Origin: Ilumatobacteraceae bacterium
GTDB taxonomy: Bacteria; Actinomycetota; Acidimicrobiia; Acidimicrobiales; Ilumatobacteraceae
Reading direction: 5' to 3'
Assembly: GCA_017859785.1 (NCBI GenBank)
Contig: JAFMMJ010000001.1
Span: 9,618 to 73,617, forward strand
DNA length: 64,000 nucleotides
Under the pieces are notes generated by a model, which saw nothing but the letters and a program-made list of their open reading frames with translations, made no database searches and had not been told where the DNA came from. Within the stretch, counting starts at the first letter, position 1; the number at the start of each line of letters is the position of its first letter. Below are positions 36,286 to 46,361 of the stretch, piece by piece. The position numbers and the translations under genes are program-made.

Positions 36286-38823
36286 GTGGGTGACACCGTT
36301 CCCAGCAACGCCAAGTGCGTGATCATCGGAGCCGGCATCGTCGGCAACTGCCTCGCCGGGCACCTCGCCCGGCTCGGCTGGAAGGACATGGTCCTGCTCG
36401 ACAAGGGTCCGCTTCCCAACCCAGGCGGCTCTACCGGACACGCCTCCAACTTCATCTTCCCCGTCGACCACAACAAGGAGATGGCCCTCCTCGGCGTCCA
36501 GTCGGCCAACCAGTACCGCGATGTGCAGCGCAGCGTCGACTCCGGCGGCATCGAGGTCGCCCGCACCGAGGAGCGTTGGCAGGAACTGCAGCGCCGCATG
36601 ACCAGCGCCCGCGCCTGGGGAGTCGAGGCCCGTCTGCTCACCCCCGCCGAGGTCAAGGAACTCGTCCCCTTCATCAACGAGGACGTCATCCTCGGCGGCT
36701 TCTACTGCCCCACCGTGTCCGTCGTCGACTCCCTCGACACCGGAACCATCTTCCGCAACGAGGCCATCGACAAGGCCGACCTCAAGGTGTTCGCCAACAC
36801 CGAGGTCATGACGCTCGAGACCGTCGACGAGCCGGCCACCGGCCGCAAGCGCATCTCGGCCGTCGTCACCGACAAGGGTCGCATCGAGGCCGAGTACGTC
36901 GTCATCGCCTGCGGCTGCTGGTCGAACCGCATCGCCAATATGGCCGGCGCCACCATCCCCCTCGTGCCCGCCGTCCACCAGATGGCCGACGTCGGCCCGA
37001 TCGACGTGCTCGTCGAGACCAACTCCGAGATCGACTACCCGATCGTCCGCGACATGGACACCTTCTGCTACGAGCGTCAGTCATCGGGCTCGATGGAGGT
37101 CGGCTCCTACGCCCACCGTCCGATCCTGCATCACCCCGACTCGATCCCGTCCAACGAGGAAGCGGCCCTCTCCCCCACCGAGATGCCCTTCACACAGGAC
37201 GACTTCGACCCGCAGATGGAGCAGGCCATCGAACTGATGGACATGCTCGGCGACGCCGAGATCAAGTACGCCATCAACGGACTGCTCAGCCTCACCCCCG
37301 ATGCCATGCCCTGCCTCGGCGAGACCGTCGAGGTGAAGAACCTCTGGTCGGCCGCGGCCGTCTGGGTGAAGGAGGGCCCCGGAATGGCTCAGGTGGTCGC
37401 CGAGTGGATGACCTACGGCTACCCGCGCGTCATCGACCCGCACGGCGCCGACATCGCACGCTTCTACAACCACGAGCGCAACGACGAGCACATCTGGGCT
37501 CGCGCCTCCGAGCACTTCAACAAGACCTACGGCATCGTTCACCCGGCCGAGCAGTGGGAGTCGCGACGCGCCCTGCAGACCTCGCCTTACTACTCGCGCC
37601 AGCAGGACCTCGGGGCCTTCTTCTTCCAGGCCCGCACCTGGGAGCGCCCCCAGTGGTACGAGTCGAACGCCGACCTCGTCGAGCGTTACAACGTCGCCGA
37701 CCGCGAAGCCGAATGGGACCGCCGCTGGTGGAGCCCGATCACTGTCGGCGAGCACCTCAACATGCGCGAGAACTGCGGCATGGTCGATCTCTCGGCCTTC
37801 CAGATCTTCGACCTCTCGGGCCCCGGCGCCGTTGAGTTCGCCGACTACCTGTCGGTCAACAAGATCGGCCCGGTTGGACGCGCCACGTACACCCCGTGGC
37901 TCACCCCCGACGCCGGCTTCCACTCCGACCTCACCATGCAGCGCATTGGCGAGGACACCGTGCGCGTCGTGACCGGCGTGTTCGACGGAGGGCGTGACCT
38001 CGCCTGGATCCGCAACTACATGCCGACCGACGGCTCGGTGACCGTCACCGACCGCACCCTCGAGATCTCCACGCTCGGCGTGTGGGGACCGAACGCGCCG
38101 GCGCTCCTCGCCACGCTCACCTCGGCCGACCTCTCCCACGAGGGCTCCCCCTACGGCTCACTCATCGACGTCGACCTCGACTGCGGGGGCACGACGGTGC
38201 CCGCCAAGCTGTTCCGGATCTCCTACGTCGGCGACACCGGCTGGGAGATCTACGTCGACTGGAACAACGGCCCGGCCCTGTGGGACGCCCTCATGGCCAA
38301 CGGTCGCGAGGCGTTCGGCCTGCGGCCGACCGGCGGCGGGGTGTACGGCACCTCGGGTCGCCTCGAGAAGGGCTACCGACTCCAGGGCGCCGAACTCGAG
38401 AGCGAGTACAACCCGCTCGAGGCGGGCCTCGCCCGGCCGAAGGTGAAGTCCGCTGACTTCATCGGCAAAGCCGCCTACCTCGCCGCCCGCGAGAAGGGCG
38501 AGCCCGAAGTGGTCATGTGCACCATGACCGTCGAGGACTCGACCGATTCCGAGGGGCGTGTCCGCTACCTCCAGGGCGGCAACGAGCCGATCCTCGACGC
38601 CGACGGCAACCGCATCACCGACAGCCACGGCCGCGTGTCCCGCGTGACCACCGCGGGCTACGGCCCGTCGATCGGCAAGCAGATCCTGATGGGGTATCTG
38701 CCCCGCGAACTCTCCGCCCCCGGCACCGATCTCAAAGTCATGTACTTCAACGAGATCTACCCGATCAAGGTGGTCGGCACCGGCGGGCCGTTCGATCCCG
38801 ACGACAGCCGTCTGAAGGGCTGA
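36286..38823 (+). CDS. dimethylglycine/sarcosine dehydrogenase-family flavoenzyme (FAD oxidoreductase fused to a GcvT-like folate-binding aminomethyltransferase domain)
   Basis: 845 aa. N-terminal FAD fold KCVIIGAGIVGNCLAGHL and a C-terminal GcvT-type domain. etfB and etfA follow directly. Confidence 0.88.
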   Translation: MGDTVPSNAKCVIIGAGIVGNCLAGHLARLGWKDMVLLDKGPLPNPGGSTGHASNFIFPVDHNKEMALLGVQSANQYRDVQRSVDSGGIEVARTEERWQELQRRMTSARAWGVEARLLTPAEVKELVPFINEDVILGGFYCPTVSVVDSLDTGTIFRNEAIDKADLKVFANTEVMTLETVDEPATGRKRISAVVTDKGRIEAEYVVIACGCWSNRIANMAGATIPLVPAVHQMADVGPIDVLVETNSEIDYPIVRDMDTFCYERQSSGSMEVGSYAHRPILHHPDSIPSNEEAALSPTEMPFTQDDFDPQMEQAIELMDMLGDAEIKYAINGLLSLTPDAMPCLGETVEVKNLWSAAAVWVKEGPGMAQVVAEWMTYGYPRVIDPHGADIARFYNHERNDEHIWARASEHFNKTYGIVHPAEQWESRRALQTSPYYSRQQDLGAFFFQARTWERPQWYESNADLVERYNVADREAEWDRRWWSPITVGEHLNMRENCGMVDLSAFQIFDLSGPGAVEFADYLSVNKIGPVGRATYTPWLTPDAGFHSDLTMQRIGEDTVRVVTGVFDGGRDLAWIRNYMPTDGSVTVTDRTLEISTLGVWGPNAPALLATLTSADLSHEGSPYGSLIDVDLDCGGTTVPAKLFRISYVGDTGWEIYVDWNNGPALWDALMANGREAFGLRPTGGGVYGTSGRLEKGYRLQGAELESEYNPLEAGLARPKVKSADFIGKAAYLAAREKGEPEVVMCTMTVEDSTDSEGRVRYLQGGNEPILDADGNRITDSHGRVSRVTTAGYGPSIGKQILMGYLPRELSAPGTDLKVMYFNEIYPIKVVGTGGPFDPDDSRLKG

Positions 38824-38826
38824 GCC

Positions 38827-39591
38827 GTGCGGATCCTCGTCTGCGTGAAGCGGGTACCCGCGCCCGGTTCCAAGATCAACATCACCGCCGACGGCCAACG
38901 CGTCGACGATGCCAACCTCGGTCACACCACGAGCCCCCACGAGGAGTGCGCGGTGGAGGCCGCGAGTCAACTCATCGAGGAGCACGGCGGTGAGGCCGTC
39001 GTGCTCACCCTCGGCGGAGTCGAGGCCGAGGAACAACTCCGTTACGCGGTCAGCGTTGGCATGCACAGCGGAGTGCTCCTCGCCACCGACGGCGGCGAAT
39101 GGGATCCGCAGCGCACCGCCGCGGCGATCGCGAGCGCCATCACCAACCTCGAGGCGAGCGGCGGACCCTTCGATCTCGTGCTGTTCGGCAACGAGTCGGC
39201 CGATTCGAGCGGTTTCCAGGTCGGCATCCGGGTGGCCCACACCCTCGGACGCCCCATGGTGAACGGCGCCAAGGGCCTCCGCGTCGACGGCGGTACCGCC
39301 CACGTCGAGCGTGAGGCCGACGCCGGACGCGAGGCGTACGAGCTGCCGCTTCCGGCCGTGGTCGGCGTGAAGGAGGGCATCAACCTGCCTCGCTACCCGA
39401 CCATGAAGGGACGTCTCGCGTCGAAGAAGGCCGGTGTGGTCACCGTCGAGCCCGCCGGGGAAGCCGGTGGACTCGCCATGGTCACGTTGAAGCCACCGCC
39501 GGAGCGAACCAACGAGACCGTCATCCTCGGCAACGGCCCCGAGGCCGCCGCAGCGGTCGTCGACGTACTCGAAGAGATCGGAGTCCTGTGA
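38827..39591 (+). CDS. etfB: electron transfer flavoprotein, beta subunit
   Basis: MRILVCVKRVP... is the canonical EtfB N-terminus. 254 aa. Confidence 0.9.
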   Translation: MRILVCVKRVPAPGSKINITADGQRVDDANLGHTTSPHEECAVEAASQLIEEHGGEAVVLTLGGVEAEEQLRYAVSVGMHSGVLLATDGGEWDPQRTAAAIASAITNLEASGGPFDLVLFGNESADSSGFQVGIRVAHTLGRPMVNGAKGLRVDGGTAHVEREADAGREAYELPLPAVVGVKEGINLPRYPTMKGRLASKKAGVVTVEPAGEAGGLAMVTLKPPPERTNETVILGNGPEAAAAVVDVLEEIGVL

Positions 39592-40553
39592 TGGAAGGCA
39601 CCACGCTCGTCGTCATCGAACACGACCGAGGCGCACTGGCTGAGGCGTCCCTTGAGGCCTTGGCCGCCGCACGCGCTCTCGGCACCCGCGTCGAGGCGCT
39701 CACGATCGGCGCCGACGCCGACGGACTCACCGACACCCTCGCCGCCCATGGCGCCAGCACGCATCATCGCGCCCACCATGAGATGCTCACCGACTACGCC
39801 CCGGAGGCCTGGGGCGAGGTGGTCGCCGCGGCCGTGCGCTCGATGTCGCCGGCGGTGCTGATGGCTTGCGGGACCGACCGTGGCAACGAGGTGCTCGCCC
39901 AAGCCGCCGCCCGACTCGACCTCCCCTTCGCGGCGAACTGCACGGACCTCTCCCCCGGAGACACCCTCAACATGACCCGGCTGCGCTGGGGTGGTTCACT
40001 CCTCGAAGAGGCGACGCTCTCGGCGCCGATGTGGATCGTTTCGGTGGCCCATCACCTCCACGAGCCCTCCGAAGCGCCGACCGAGTGCTCCATCTCGGAC
40101 CTGCCGGTCGATCTCGACCCCTCACTCGCCCGCTCTCGGGTGACCGCCCGGGTCGAGCGCGAGGCCGGAGTCACCCTCTCGTCGGCCCCGGTGGTGGTCG
40201 GCGGCGGACGCGGAGTCGGCTCGCCCGAAGGTTTCGCTCCGCTCGCCGAACTCGCCGCCGAGCTCGGCGGGGTGGTCGGCTGCTCTCGAGCGGTCACCAA
40301 CAACGGCTGGCGAAGCCACACCGATCAGGTCGGCCAAACCGGCACGCGAATCGCGCCCGACGTGTACATCGCTTGCGGTATCAGCGGCGCGATCCAGCAC
40401 TGGGTGGGCGCCATGGCGTCGAAGAACATCATCGCCATCAACACCGACCCCCAGGCGAACATGGTCACCAAGGCCGGTCACGCCGTCATCGGCGACCTCC
40501 ACAAGGTGATCCCCGCGATCACCGAGGAGATCCGACGCCGCCGCGCCAGCTGA
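39588..40553 (+). CDS. etfA: electron transfer flavoprotein, alpha subunit
   Basis: The start overlaps the etfB stop. The C-terminal FAD-binding block is YIACGISGAIQHWVGM-like (YIACGISGAIQHWVGAMAS). Confidence 0.9.
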   Translation: MMEGTTLVVIEHDRGALAEASLEALAAARALGTRVEALTIGADADGLTDTLAAHGASTHHRAHHEMLTDYAPEAWGEVVAAAVRSMSPAVLMACGTDRGNEVLAQAAARLDLPFAANCTDLSPGDTLNMTRLRWGGSLLEEATLSAPMWIVSVAHHLHEPSEAPTECSISDLPVDLDPSLARSRVTARVEREAGVTLSSAPVVVGGGRGVGSPEGFAPLAELAAELGGVVGCSRAVTNNGWRSHTDQVGQTGTRIAPDVYIACGISGAIQHWVGAMASKNIIAINTDPQANMVTKAGHAVIGDLHKVIPAITEEIRRRRAS

Positions 40554-40566
40554 GCGGCGTCGAACG

Positions 40567-41457
40567 TCAGGCCAGCAGCTGCTCGTGCCAGAGGCGCGTG
40601 TCGGCCACCGAGTTGAAGGTGAACGAGTGGATCGCCTCAATGTCGAGCTCACCGGCGCACGCCGCCAACTCGACCACCATGTCGGTCGGGTCGAACCCGC
40701 CCGGTGACATGAGGGCCATCACCGTCGAACGGTTCTTCGACAGATAACGGAGCGAGGCTCCGATACCGAGGCGCGTGCCGACGGTCATCAGCCGGGTGCG
40801 GTCGACCACCCCGGGGAGCCCAAGCCGGATCGGCAGATGCATCCCGGCGGCGCGCTCGGCGCGCAACCAGTCGACGATTTTCTCGGTGTCGAAGCACATC
40901 TGAGTGGAGCACCACCCGTGCACCCCGGCCTCGTCGAGCACCGCCTGCTTGGCGAGGAGCTGCTCAGAGGCGACCGCGGCGTCGAACATGGCGTGACCAT
41001 CGGGGTACCCGGTGACGCCGATGGCCTTCATGCCGTGGTCGTGAGTCACGAGATCGCGCAGGAACGCCAGCGCCCCCTCATAAGGGCCGGCGGGCTCGGG
41101 CGCGTCGCCGGCGACGATGAACACCTCATCGACCCCTGACGACTTCAACCAGGAGGCGAGTTCCGCGGTGTGATCGGGACCCTCCACGAGTCGAGTAGCG
41201 ATATGCGGAACCGGCCGATGCCCGAGCGCCACGAGCCGGTCGGTGATCTCCCGAGTGGCCGGGATGCCCTTCGCCGGCGAGCAGGTCACCGAGACGTTCG
41301 CGCCAGGCGGCAGGTCATCGATGGCCTGCTCGACCGACTTCATCGGAATCAGCTCGTAATGGAGGCCGGTGACGAGTTCGCGCACGGCGGGGTCGTCGAC
41401 GCGGACAGCGGAGTCGCGACCGCGGCCAGGGATGAGTCGTTTGAGGGTGGTGAGCAC
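40567..41457 (-). CDS. metF: methylenetetrahydrofolate reductase family protein
   Basis: 296 aa with MTHFR TIM-barrel blocks (YELIPMKS..., VFIVAGD, CFD). GTG start with GAGAGGAG RBS. It is the last gene of the corrinoid methyltransferase operon. Confidence 0.8.
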   Translation of the reverse strand: MLTTLKRLIPGRGRDSAVRVDDPAVRELVTGLHYELIPMKSVEQAIDDLPPGANVSVTCSPAKGIPATREITDRLVALGHRPVPHIATRLVEGPDHTAELASWLKSSGVDEVFIVAGDAPEPAGPYEGALAFLRDLVTHDHGMKAIGVTGYPDGHAMFDAAVASEQLLAKQAVLDEAGVHGWCSTQMCFDTEKIVDWLRAERAAGMHLPIRLGLPGVVDRTRLMTVGTRLGIGASLRYLSKNRSTVMALMSPGGFDPTDMVVELAACAGELDIEAIHSFTFNSVADTRLWHEQLLA

Positions 41458-41469
41458 GTTCGCTCCTCT

Positions 41470-43035
41470 CTAGGCGAACTCGTCGGGGATCTCACCCCGG
41501 CGTCGCTCGACATATTCGGTCAGTTCCTCGGCGATCGCCTCGTCGAGCGGGGGCGGCTCATAGGAGGCGAGTTGCTCCTTCCAGATGCGGTTCGCGCGCT
41601 GGGCGGCATCGAGCCCTCCCTCCTCGGTCCACTGCTCGAAACTCGAGTTGTCCGAGGTCGTCGAGCGGTAGAAGGCCGACTCGAAGTTGGCGAGGGTGTG
41701 CGCCGTGCCGAGGAAGTGGTTGCCCGGCTCGTTATCGCGGATCGCGTCGACCGCCTGGCCGTTCTCCGAGAGGTCAAGGCCTTGCACGAGCTTGTGCATC
41801 GCGCCGAGTTGGTCGCAGTCGAGGATGAACTTCTCGTAGCCGATGGCGAGCCCACCCTCAAGCCAGCCCGCCGCGTGGAGCACGAAGTTGACTCCGCCAA
41901 GCACGGTCGGCATGAGTGTCGCCATCGACTCGTAGGCGGCCTGAGCATCGGGCAACTTAGAAGCGCACAGCGAGCCACCCGACCGGAACGGCACATTGAG
42001 TCGCCGGGCGAGGGCGGCAACCGTGTACAGCACGATCGCTGGCTCCGGAGTGCCGAACGTCGGTGCGCCGGTCTGCATCGACATCGACGAGGCGAACGAT
42101 CCGAACACGACCGGCGAGCCCGGCCGCACCAACTGCGCGAAGGTCATTCCAACGAGCGCCTCGGCGAGGGTCTGAGCCGCCACACCCGCCGGGGTGACGG
42201 GTGCCATCGCGCCGGAGAGAATGAACGGGGTGAAGATCGACGCCTGGTTGTTCTCGGCGTAGACCTCGGCGGCCTCGAGCATCGTCGCGTCCCACACCAG
42301 CGGCGAGGAGGCGTTGATCAGGCTGGTCATCACCGTTCGGTCGGCCAGATCGCCACCGAAGGCGATCCGGGCCATCTCCACGGAATCGGCGGCGCGCGAA
42401 CCAGCGGTCACCGAACCCATGAACGGCTTGTCGCTGTAGCGGAGATGCGCGTGCACCATGTCGAGGTGCCGCTTCGACACCGGCACATCGACCGGCTCGC
42501 ACACCGTGCCACCAGAGTGGTGGAGATACGGCGACATGTAGGAGAGGCGGACGAAGTTCTCGAAGTCGGCCAGCGTCGCGTAGCGGCGGCCGGCGTCGAG
42601 GTCGTGCACGAACGGTGAGCCGTAGTTCGGCGCGAACACCGTCGCGTCGCCGCCGATCTGCACGTTGCGTTCCGGGTTGCGGCCGTGCTGGGTGTAGATC
42701 GCTGGGGCAGTCGCGGTGACGATCGAGCGGCACAAACCCCTCGGGAATCGCACTCGCGTGCCATCGACATCAGCTCCAGCCGCTCGGAACCGCTCGATGG
42801 CGGATGGGTAGTCGCGGATCTCCACACCCACCTCGGCGAGGATGGTCTCGGCGTTGTGCTCGAGGAGCTCGAGGCCCTCAGACGACACGATGTCGAGCGG
42901 CGTGAGCGAGCGGGTGATGAACGCGTCCGCTCCCGTCGAAGCGGCAGCGCGGGCGGCTTTGCGGGCCGATCGCCCTCCCCCGCGGCGACCCGCTCGCTCG
43001 GAGCCGGTGTCAGTTGTGGTGTCGGCATCGGTCAT
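41470..43035 (-). CDS. MttB-superfamily (trimethylamine methyltransferase-like) methyltransferase, non-pyrrolysine type; quaternary-amine:corrinoid methyltransferase candidate
   Basis: 521-aa uninterrupted ORF with no internal TAG and MttB-family blocks throughout. The ATG overlaps the upstream stop (ATGA). Confidence 0.85.
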   Translation of the reverse strand: MTDADTTTDTGSERAGRRGGGRSARKAARAAASTGADAFITRSLTPLDIVSSEGLELLEHNAETILAEVGVEIRDYPSAIERFRAAGADVDGTRVRFPRGLCRSIVTATAPAIYTQHGRNPERNVQIGGDATVFAPNYGSPFVHDLDAGRRYATLADFENFVRLSYMSPYLHHSGGTVCEPVDVPVSKRHLDMVHAHLRYSDKPFMGSVTAGSRAADSVEMARIAFGGDLADRTVMTSLINASSPLVWDATMLEAAEVYAENNQASIFTPFILSGAMAPVTPAGVAAQTLAEALVGMTFAQLVRPGSPVVFGSFASSMSMQTGAPTFGTPEPAIVLYTVAALARRLNVPFRSGGSLCASKLPDAQAAYESMATLMPTVLGGVNFVLHAAGWLEGGLAIGYEKFILDCDQLGAMHKLVQGLDLSENGQAVDAIRDNEPGNHFLGTAHTLANFESAFYRSTTSDNSSFEQWTEEGGLDAAQRANRIWKEQLASYEPPPLDEAIAEELTEYVERRRGEIPDEFA

Positions 43036-45044
43036 GCCGGAACTCCTCTCGCTCTGCGTCTCGGTCGCCCCGATCCCGAAGCGGGAGCGGAGGCGGATGG
43101 TTTGGGAAGGTTGATCGCCGTCGCGAGGTGCGGGGTGGGATCGGTGCTGTGCGGCACCCCCATCGCGGCGACGAAGAGCTCTTGGAAGCGCGGCTCCGTG
43201 GCCGTCTCGATCTTCACGATGTCGTTGGCGGCGTCTTCAAGTTCGGCGCGCATCGTCCGCGACAGGAGCGCTTGAACGGCTCCGGTGCCGGCGGCGTTAC
43301 CAACAGAACGCACCTTCTCAACCGGGCAGTCGGGAACCAGACCGAGGACCAACGCCCGAAGCGGGTCGATATGGGCGCCGAAGGCACCGGCCAAGCGGAC
43401 ATCGGTGATCTCCGGCCGGCCGGCGTGCTCAACGAGGAGGTCGATGCCAGCACGCAGCGCCGCCTTGGCGAGTTGAATCGCTCGGACGTCGTTTTGAGTG
43501 ATCGCGATCCGGCTGCCTCCCACCTCGGAGAGGACGTAACTGAAGGTCCGACCGTCAGCCACCACCCGACTCGTGCGCTCGGCGAGCGATCCGTCGATCA
43601 CCCCATTGGAATCGATAACCCCGGCGAGGTACATCTCGGCGATCGCGTCGATCACACCTGATCCGCAGATGCCGCTCGGCCCGGATGGACCCGTCGCCGC
43701 TGAGAACCCCTCCTCATCGGACCAGAGATCGACACCGATCACCCGGAAACGCGGCTCGAGCGTGTCGCGGTCGATGCGCACCGTCTCGATCGACCCGTGC
43801 GTCGCCCGCTGGCCGCTGCTCAACTGGGCCCCCTCGAAGGCCGGGCCGGTCGGGCTGGAGGCAGCGAACACCCGCTCGCGATCCCCGAGGACGATCTCAG
43901 CGTTGGTGCCAATGTCGACGAGCAGTTGCGTGGTCTCCGAGCGGTGCGGACCCTCGGCGAGCACCGCCGCGGCGGTGTCGGCGCCGACGTGGCCAGCAAT
44001 GCACGGAGCCACGTAACAGCGGGCGTACGGCAGAGTGAGATCGAGGTCGCCGGCACGGGTGACGAGCGCGCGGTTCGTGGTGAGGGTGAAGGGGGCCTGG
44101 CCGAGAGGTGTCGGATCGAGGCCGAGCACGAGATGGTGCATGATCGGATTGCCAACGAGCACCACCTCGAGCACGTACTCGCGGAAACTCTCGATCTGGT
44201 CGACCAGTTCCCCGATCAGGCCGTCGACGGCGGTGCGGACGGCCGCCGTGAGTTCCGCCTCGCCTCCCGGATTCATCATCACGTACGACACGCGGCTCAT
44301 GAGGTCCTCGCCGAACCGGATCTGCGGGTTCATGCGCCCCGCGCTGGCCAGCACCTCGCCGGTGGAGAGATCGCACAGGTGCCCGGCGATGGTGGTCGAC
44401 CCGATGTCGATCGCCACGCCGAGCAAGGCGTCGACGAAGCCCGGCCACACGGCGACCACCTGGTCGCTCTCGTCGACGACGACCGTCACCGCTCCCGAGC
44501 CGCGATCGATCGCCGGCTGGAGCATGGGCAGGGCGCGCAACGGCACATGAGGGGCGGTTCGACCGTGCTGGTCTCGGACCGAGAGCCGGACGAGATCGGC
44601 CAGGCTCCGGTCGTCGCCGAGTTCGGGTTGGGGAACCTCGACGAACCACGCGGTGAACGACGGGTCGACGGTGAACGCCGGCAGGTCGAGGTCCTTTCGG
44701 ACCACCTGACGGTGCACCTGGCTCTCCGGTGGAACCTCGATCACCACGTCGCCACATACCGTGGCGGCGCAGCCGAGTCGGCGCCCCGCGACGAGCGGTC
44801 GCGCTCCTCGGTAGTCGGTCTCGATGGATGCCCGCGGACCGAGCGCGTCGTTAGCGACCTCCATCCCCCACTTCGCGTGGACACCGGTCGACACCTCGAC
44901 CTGGCAGCGCCCACAGATACCGCGACCACCGCAGACCGTGTCGAGATCGACGCCGAGCGAACGGGCGGCATCGAGCACGGACGTTCCCTCCTCGACCGAG
45001 CCGTTCAGGCCCGACGGGGTGAAGACGATCCGATGCTCGCTCAT
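43032..45044 (-). CDS. corrinoid reductive activase (RamA-like: [2Fe-2S] ferredoxin domain + ASKHA/DUF4445 ATPase)
   Basis: N-terminal plant-type ferredoxin motif (CGGRGICGRCQV) followed by a large ASKHA-fold domain. Confidence 0.85.
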   Translation of the reverse strand: MSEHRIVFTPSGLNGSVEEGTSVLDAARSLGVDLDTVCGGRGICGRCQVEVSTGVHAKWGMEVANDALGPRASIETDYRGARPLVAGRRLGCAATVCGDVVIEVPPESQVHRQVVRKDLDLPAFTVDPSFTAWFVEVPQPELGDDRSLADLVRLSVRDQHGRTAPHVPLRALPMLQPAIDRGSGAVTVVVDESDQVVAVWPGFVDALLGVAIDIGSTTIAGHLCDLSTGEVLASAGRMNPQIRFGEDLMSRVSYVMMNPGGEAELTAAVRTAVDGLIGELVDQIESFREYVLEVVLVGNPIMHHLVLGLDPTPLGQAPFTLTTNRALVTRAGDLDLTLPYARCYVAPCIAGHVGADTAAAVLAEGPHRSETTQLLVDIGTNAEIVLGDRERVFAASSPTGPAFEGAQLSSGQRATHGSIETVRIDRDTLEPRFRVIGVDLWSDEEGFSAATGPSGPSGICGSGVIDAIAEMYLAGVIDSNGVIDGSLAERTSRVVADGRTFSYVLSEVGGSRIAITQNDVRAIQLAKAALRAGIDLLVEHAGRPEITDVRLAGAFGAHIDPLRALVLGLVPDCPVEKVRSVGNAAGTGAVQALLSRTMRAELEDAANDIVKIETATEPRFQELFVAAMGVPHSTDPTPHLATAINLPKPSASAPASGSGRPRRRARGVPA

Positions 45045-45056
45045 GTCAGGAATCGC

Positions 45057-45956
45057 TCACTCGGAGCGACGCCTCCTCCGACCCTCTCGGCTACCGCGAC
45101 CACCCTCGGCGGAAGGGTCGCGGTTCTCTCGGATCCACGCGGCGCAGTCACGGTCGTTGCCCATGAGCACGTCGGCGGCCATGACGGCTGCTTTCACCTC
45201 GGCGTGCATGGGGTTCATGATCGCCGAGGTCATCCCAGACGAGATCGCCATCGACAAGAAGGTGCCGGTGACGACATGACGATTCGGGAGACCGAAGCTC
45301 ACATTCGAAGCGCCGCAGGTGGTGTTGACCCCGAGTTCCTCGCGGAGCCGGCGCACCAGCGCGAACGCCTGGCGACCGGCCGTTCCCATCGCGCCGATCG
45401 GCATGACGAGCGGGTCGACGACGACATCCGCGGCGGGGATCCCGTGATCGGCGGCCCGCTCAACGATCCGCTTGGCGACGGCGAAACGCACATTGGGATC
45501 CTCCGAGATGCCGGTCTCATCGTTCGAGATCGCCACCACGGCAGCGCCATGACGAGCGACGAGTGGAAGCACCCGCTCCATGACCTCGTCCTCGCCGGTG
45601 ACCGAGTTGACCAATGCCTTGCCCTGGTAGACGCCGAGGCCGGCTTCGAGCGCCTCGATGATGGAGGAGTCGATGGAGAGCGGGACGTCGGTGATCGACT
45701 GAACGAGTTGCACCGCCCGCGCGAGCAGCGCCGGCTCATCGGCGAGCGGAATACCCGCGTTCACATCGAGCATGTGCGCGCCGGCGGCCACCTGGGCGAG
45801 AGCGTCGGCCTCGACGCGGGAGAAATCGCCGTTCTTCATCTCCTCGGCGAGGAGTTTGCGTCCGGTCGGGTTGATCCGCTCACCGATCATCACAAACGGT
45901 CGCTCGAATCCGATCACGACCTCTTTGGTCGCGGAGCTGATCAGGGTGTCGGTCAT
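45057..45956 (-). CDS. methyltetrahydrofolate:corrinoid methyltransferase (pterin-binding domain, MtgA/MeTr-like)
   Basis: Pterin-binding barrel blocks (IGERINPTGRK, LDVNAG, LVNSV, CGASNVSFGLP). Confidence 0.85.
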   Translation of the reverse strand: MTDTLISSATKEVVIGFERPFVMIGERINPTGRKLLAEEMKNGDFSRVEADALAQVAAGAHMLDVNAGIPLADEPALLARAVQLVQSITDVPLSIDSSIIEALEAGLGVYQGKALVNSVTGEDEVMERVLPLVARHGAAVVAISNDETGISEDPNVRFAVAKRIVERAADHGIPAADVVVDPLVMPIGAMGTAGRQAFALVRRLREELGVNTTCGASNVSFGLPNRHVVTGTFLSMAISSGMTSAIMNPMHAEVKAAVMAADVLMGNDRDCAAWIRENRDPSAEGGRGSREGRRRRRSE

Positions 45957-45973
45957 GGGTTCTCCTCGGAGGA

Positions 45974-46360
45974 TCAGTCGGGTGTGTCGTTCTCGTCGTC
46001 GAGTTCCTCGAGGGCGAGGAGTTCGGACTGTGGGACCTCGTCGTCGACGATGTCGGCTTCGAATCCGCCGACATAGGCGAGTCGTCCGAGATGCTCGCGG
46101 GGGTATCTCGCCTCGAGGCGGGCGGCCTCGGCCTCAGCAGCCTCGGCTGGATCGCCGTCGATGGGCACCGACACGCGACGCCACTGAGCGACGTCCTCGT
46201 CGGCGGTCACGATGCCGGCCTTGCGCTTCGCACGATCGATCGCGCGCTGGAACTTGGCTGACAGCGCCACTTGATGGCGCTCCCGCCCGCGCTGTCCATT
46301 CACTTGAGCAGGGATGTCCCGCCACAAGATGGTGACCACCTCTGCCCCACCTCGCGGCAT
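45974..46360 (-). CDS. small conserved hypothetical protein embedded in the corrinoid operon
   Basis: 128 aa (..VTILWRDIPAQVNGQ..). It is tightly packed between DUF1638 and the methyl-THF methyltransferase. The acidic C-terminus is low-complexity. Function unknown. Confidence 0.6.
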   Translation of the reverse strand: MPRGGAEVVTILWRDIPAQVNGQRGRERHQVALSAKFQRAIDRAKRKAGIVTADEDVAQWRRVSVPIDGDPAEAAEAEAARLEARYPREHLGRLAYVGGFEADIVDDEVPQSELLALEELDDENDTPD

Positions 46361-46361
46361 C

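Noticed and set aside
41470-43035. Pyrrolysine (in-frame TAG) in the MttB homolog
   Set aside because: The ORF is uninterrupted for 521 codons. The only TAG is the terminal stop, and no pylTSBCD genes are in the window.
43797-46076. 759-aa plus-strand ORF
   Set aside because: It is antisense to the RamA-like activase and the methyl-THF methyltransferase, both with clear family motifs. It is a shadow ORF with no recognisable domains.
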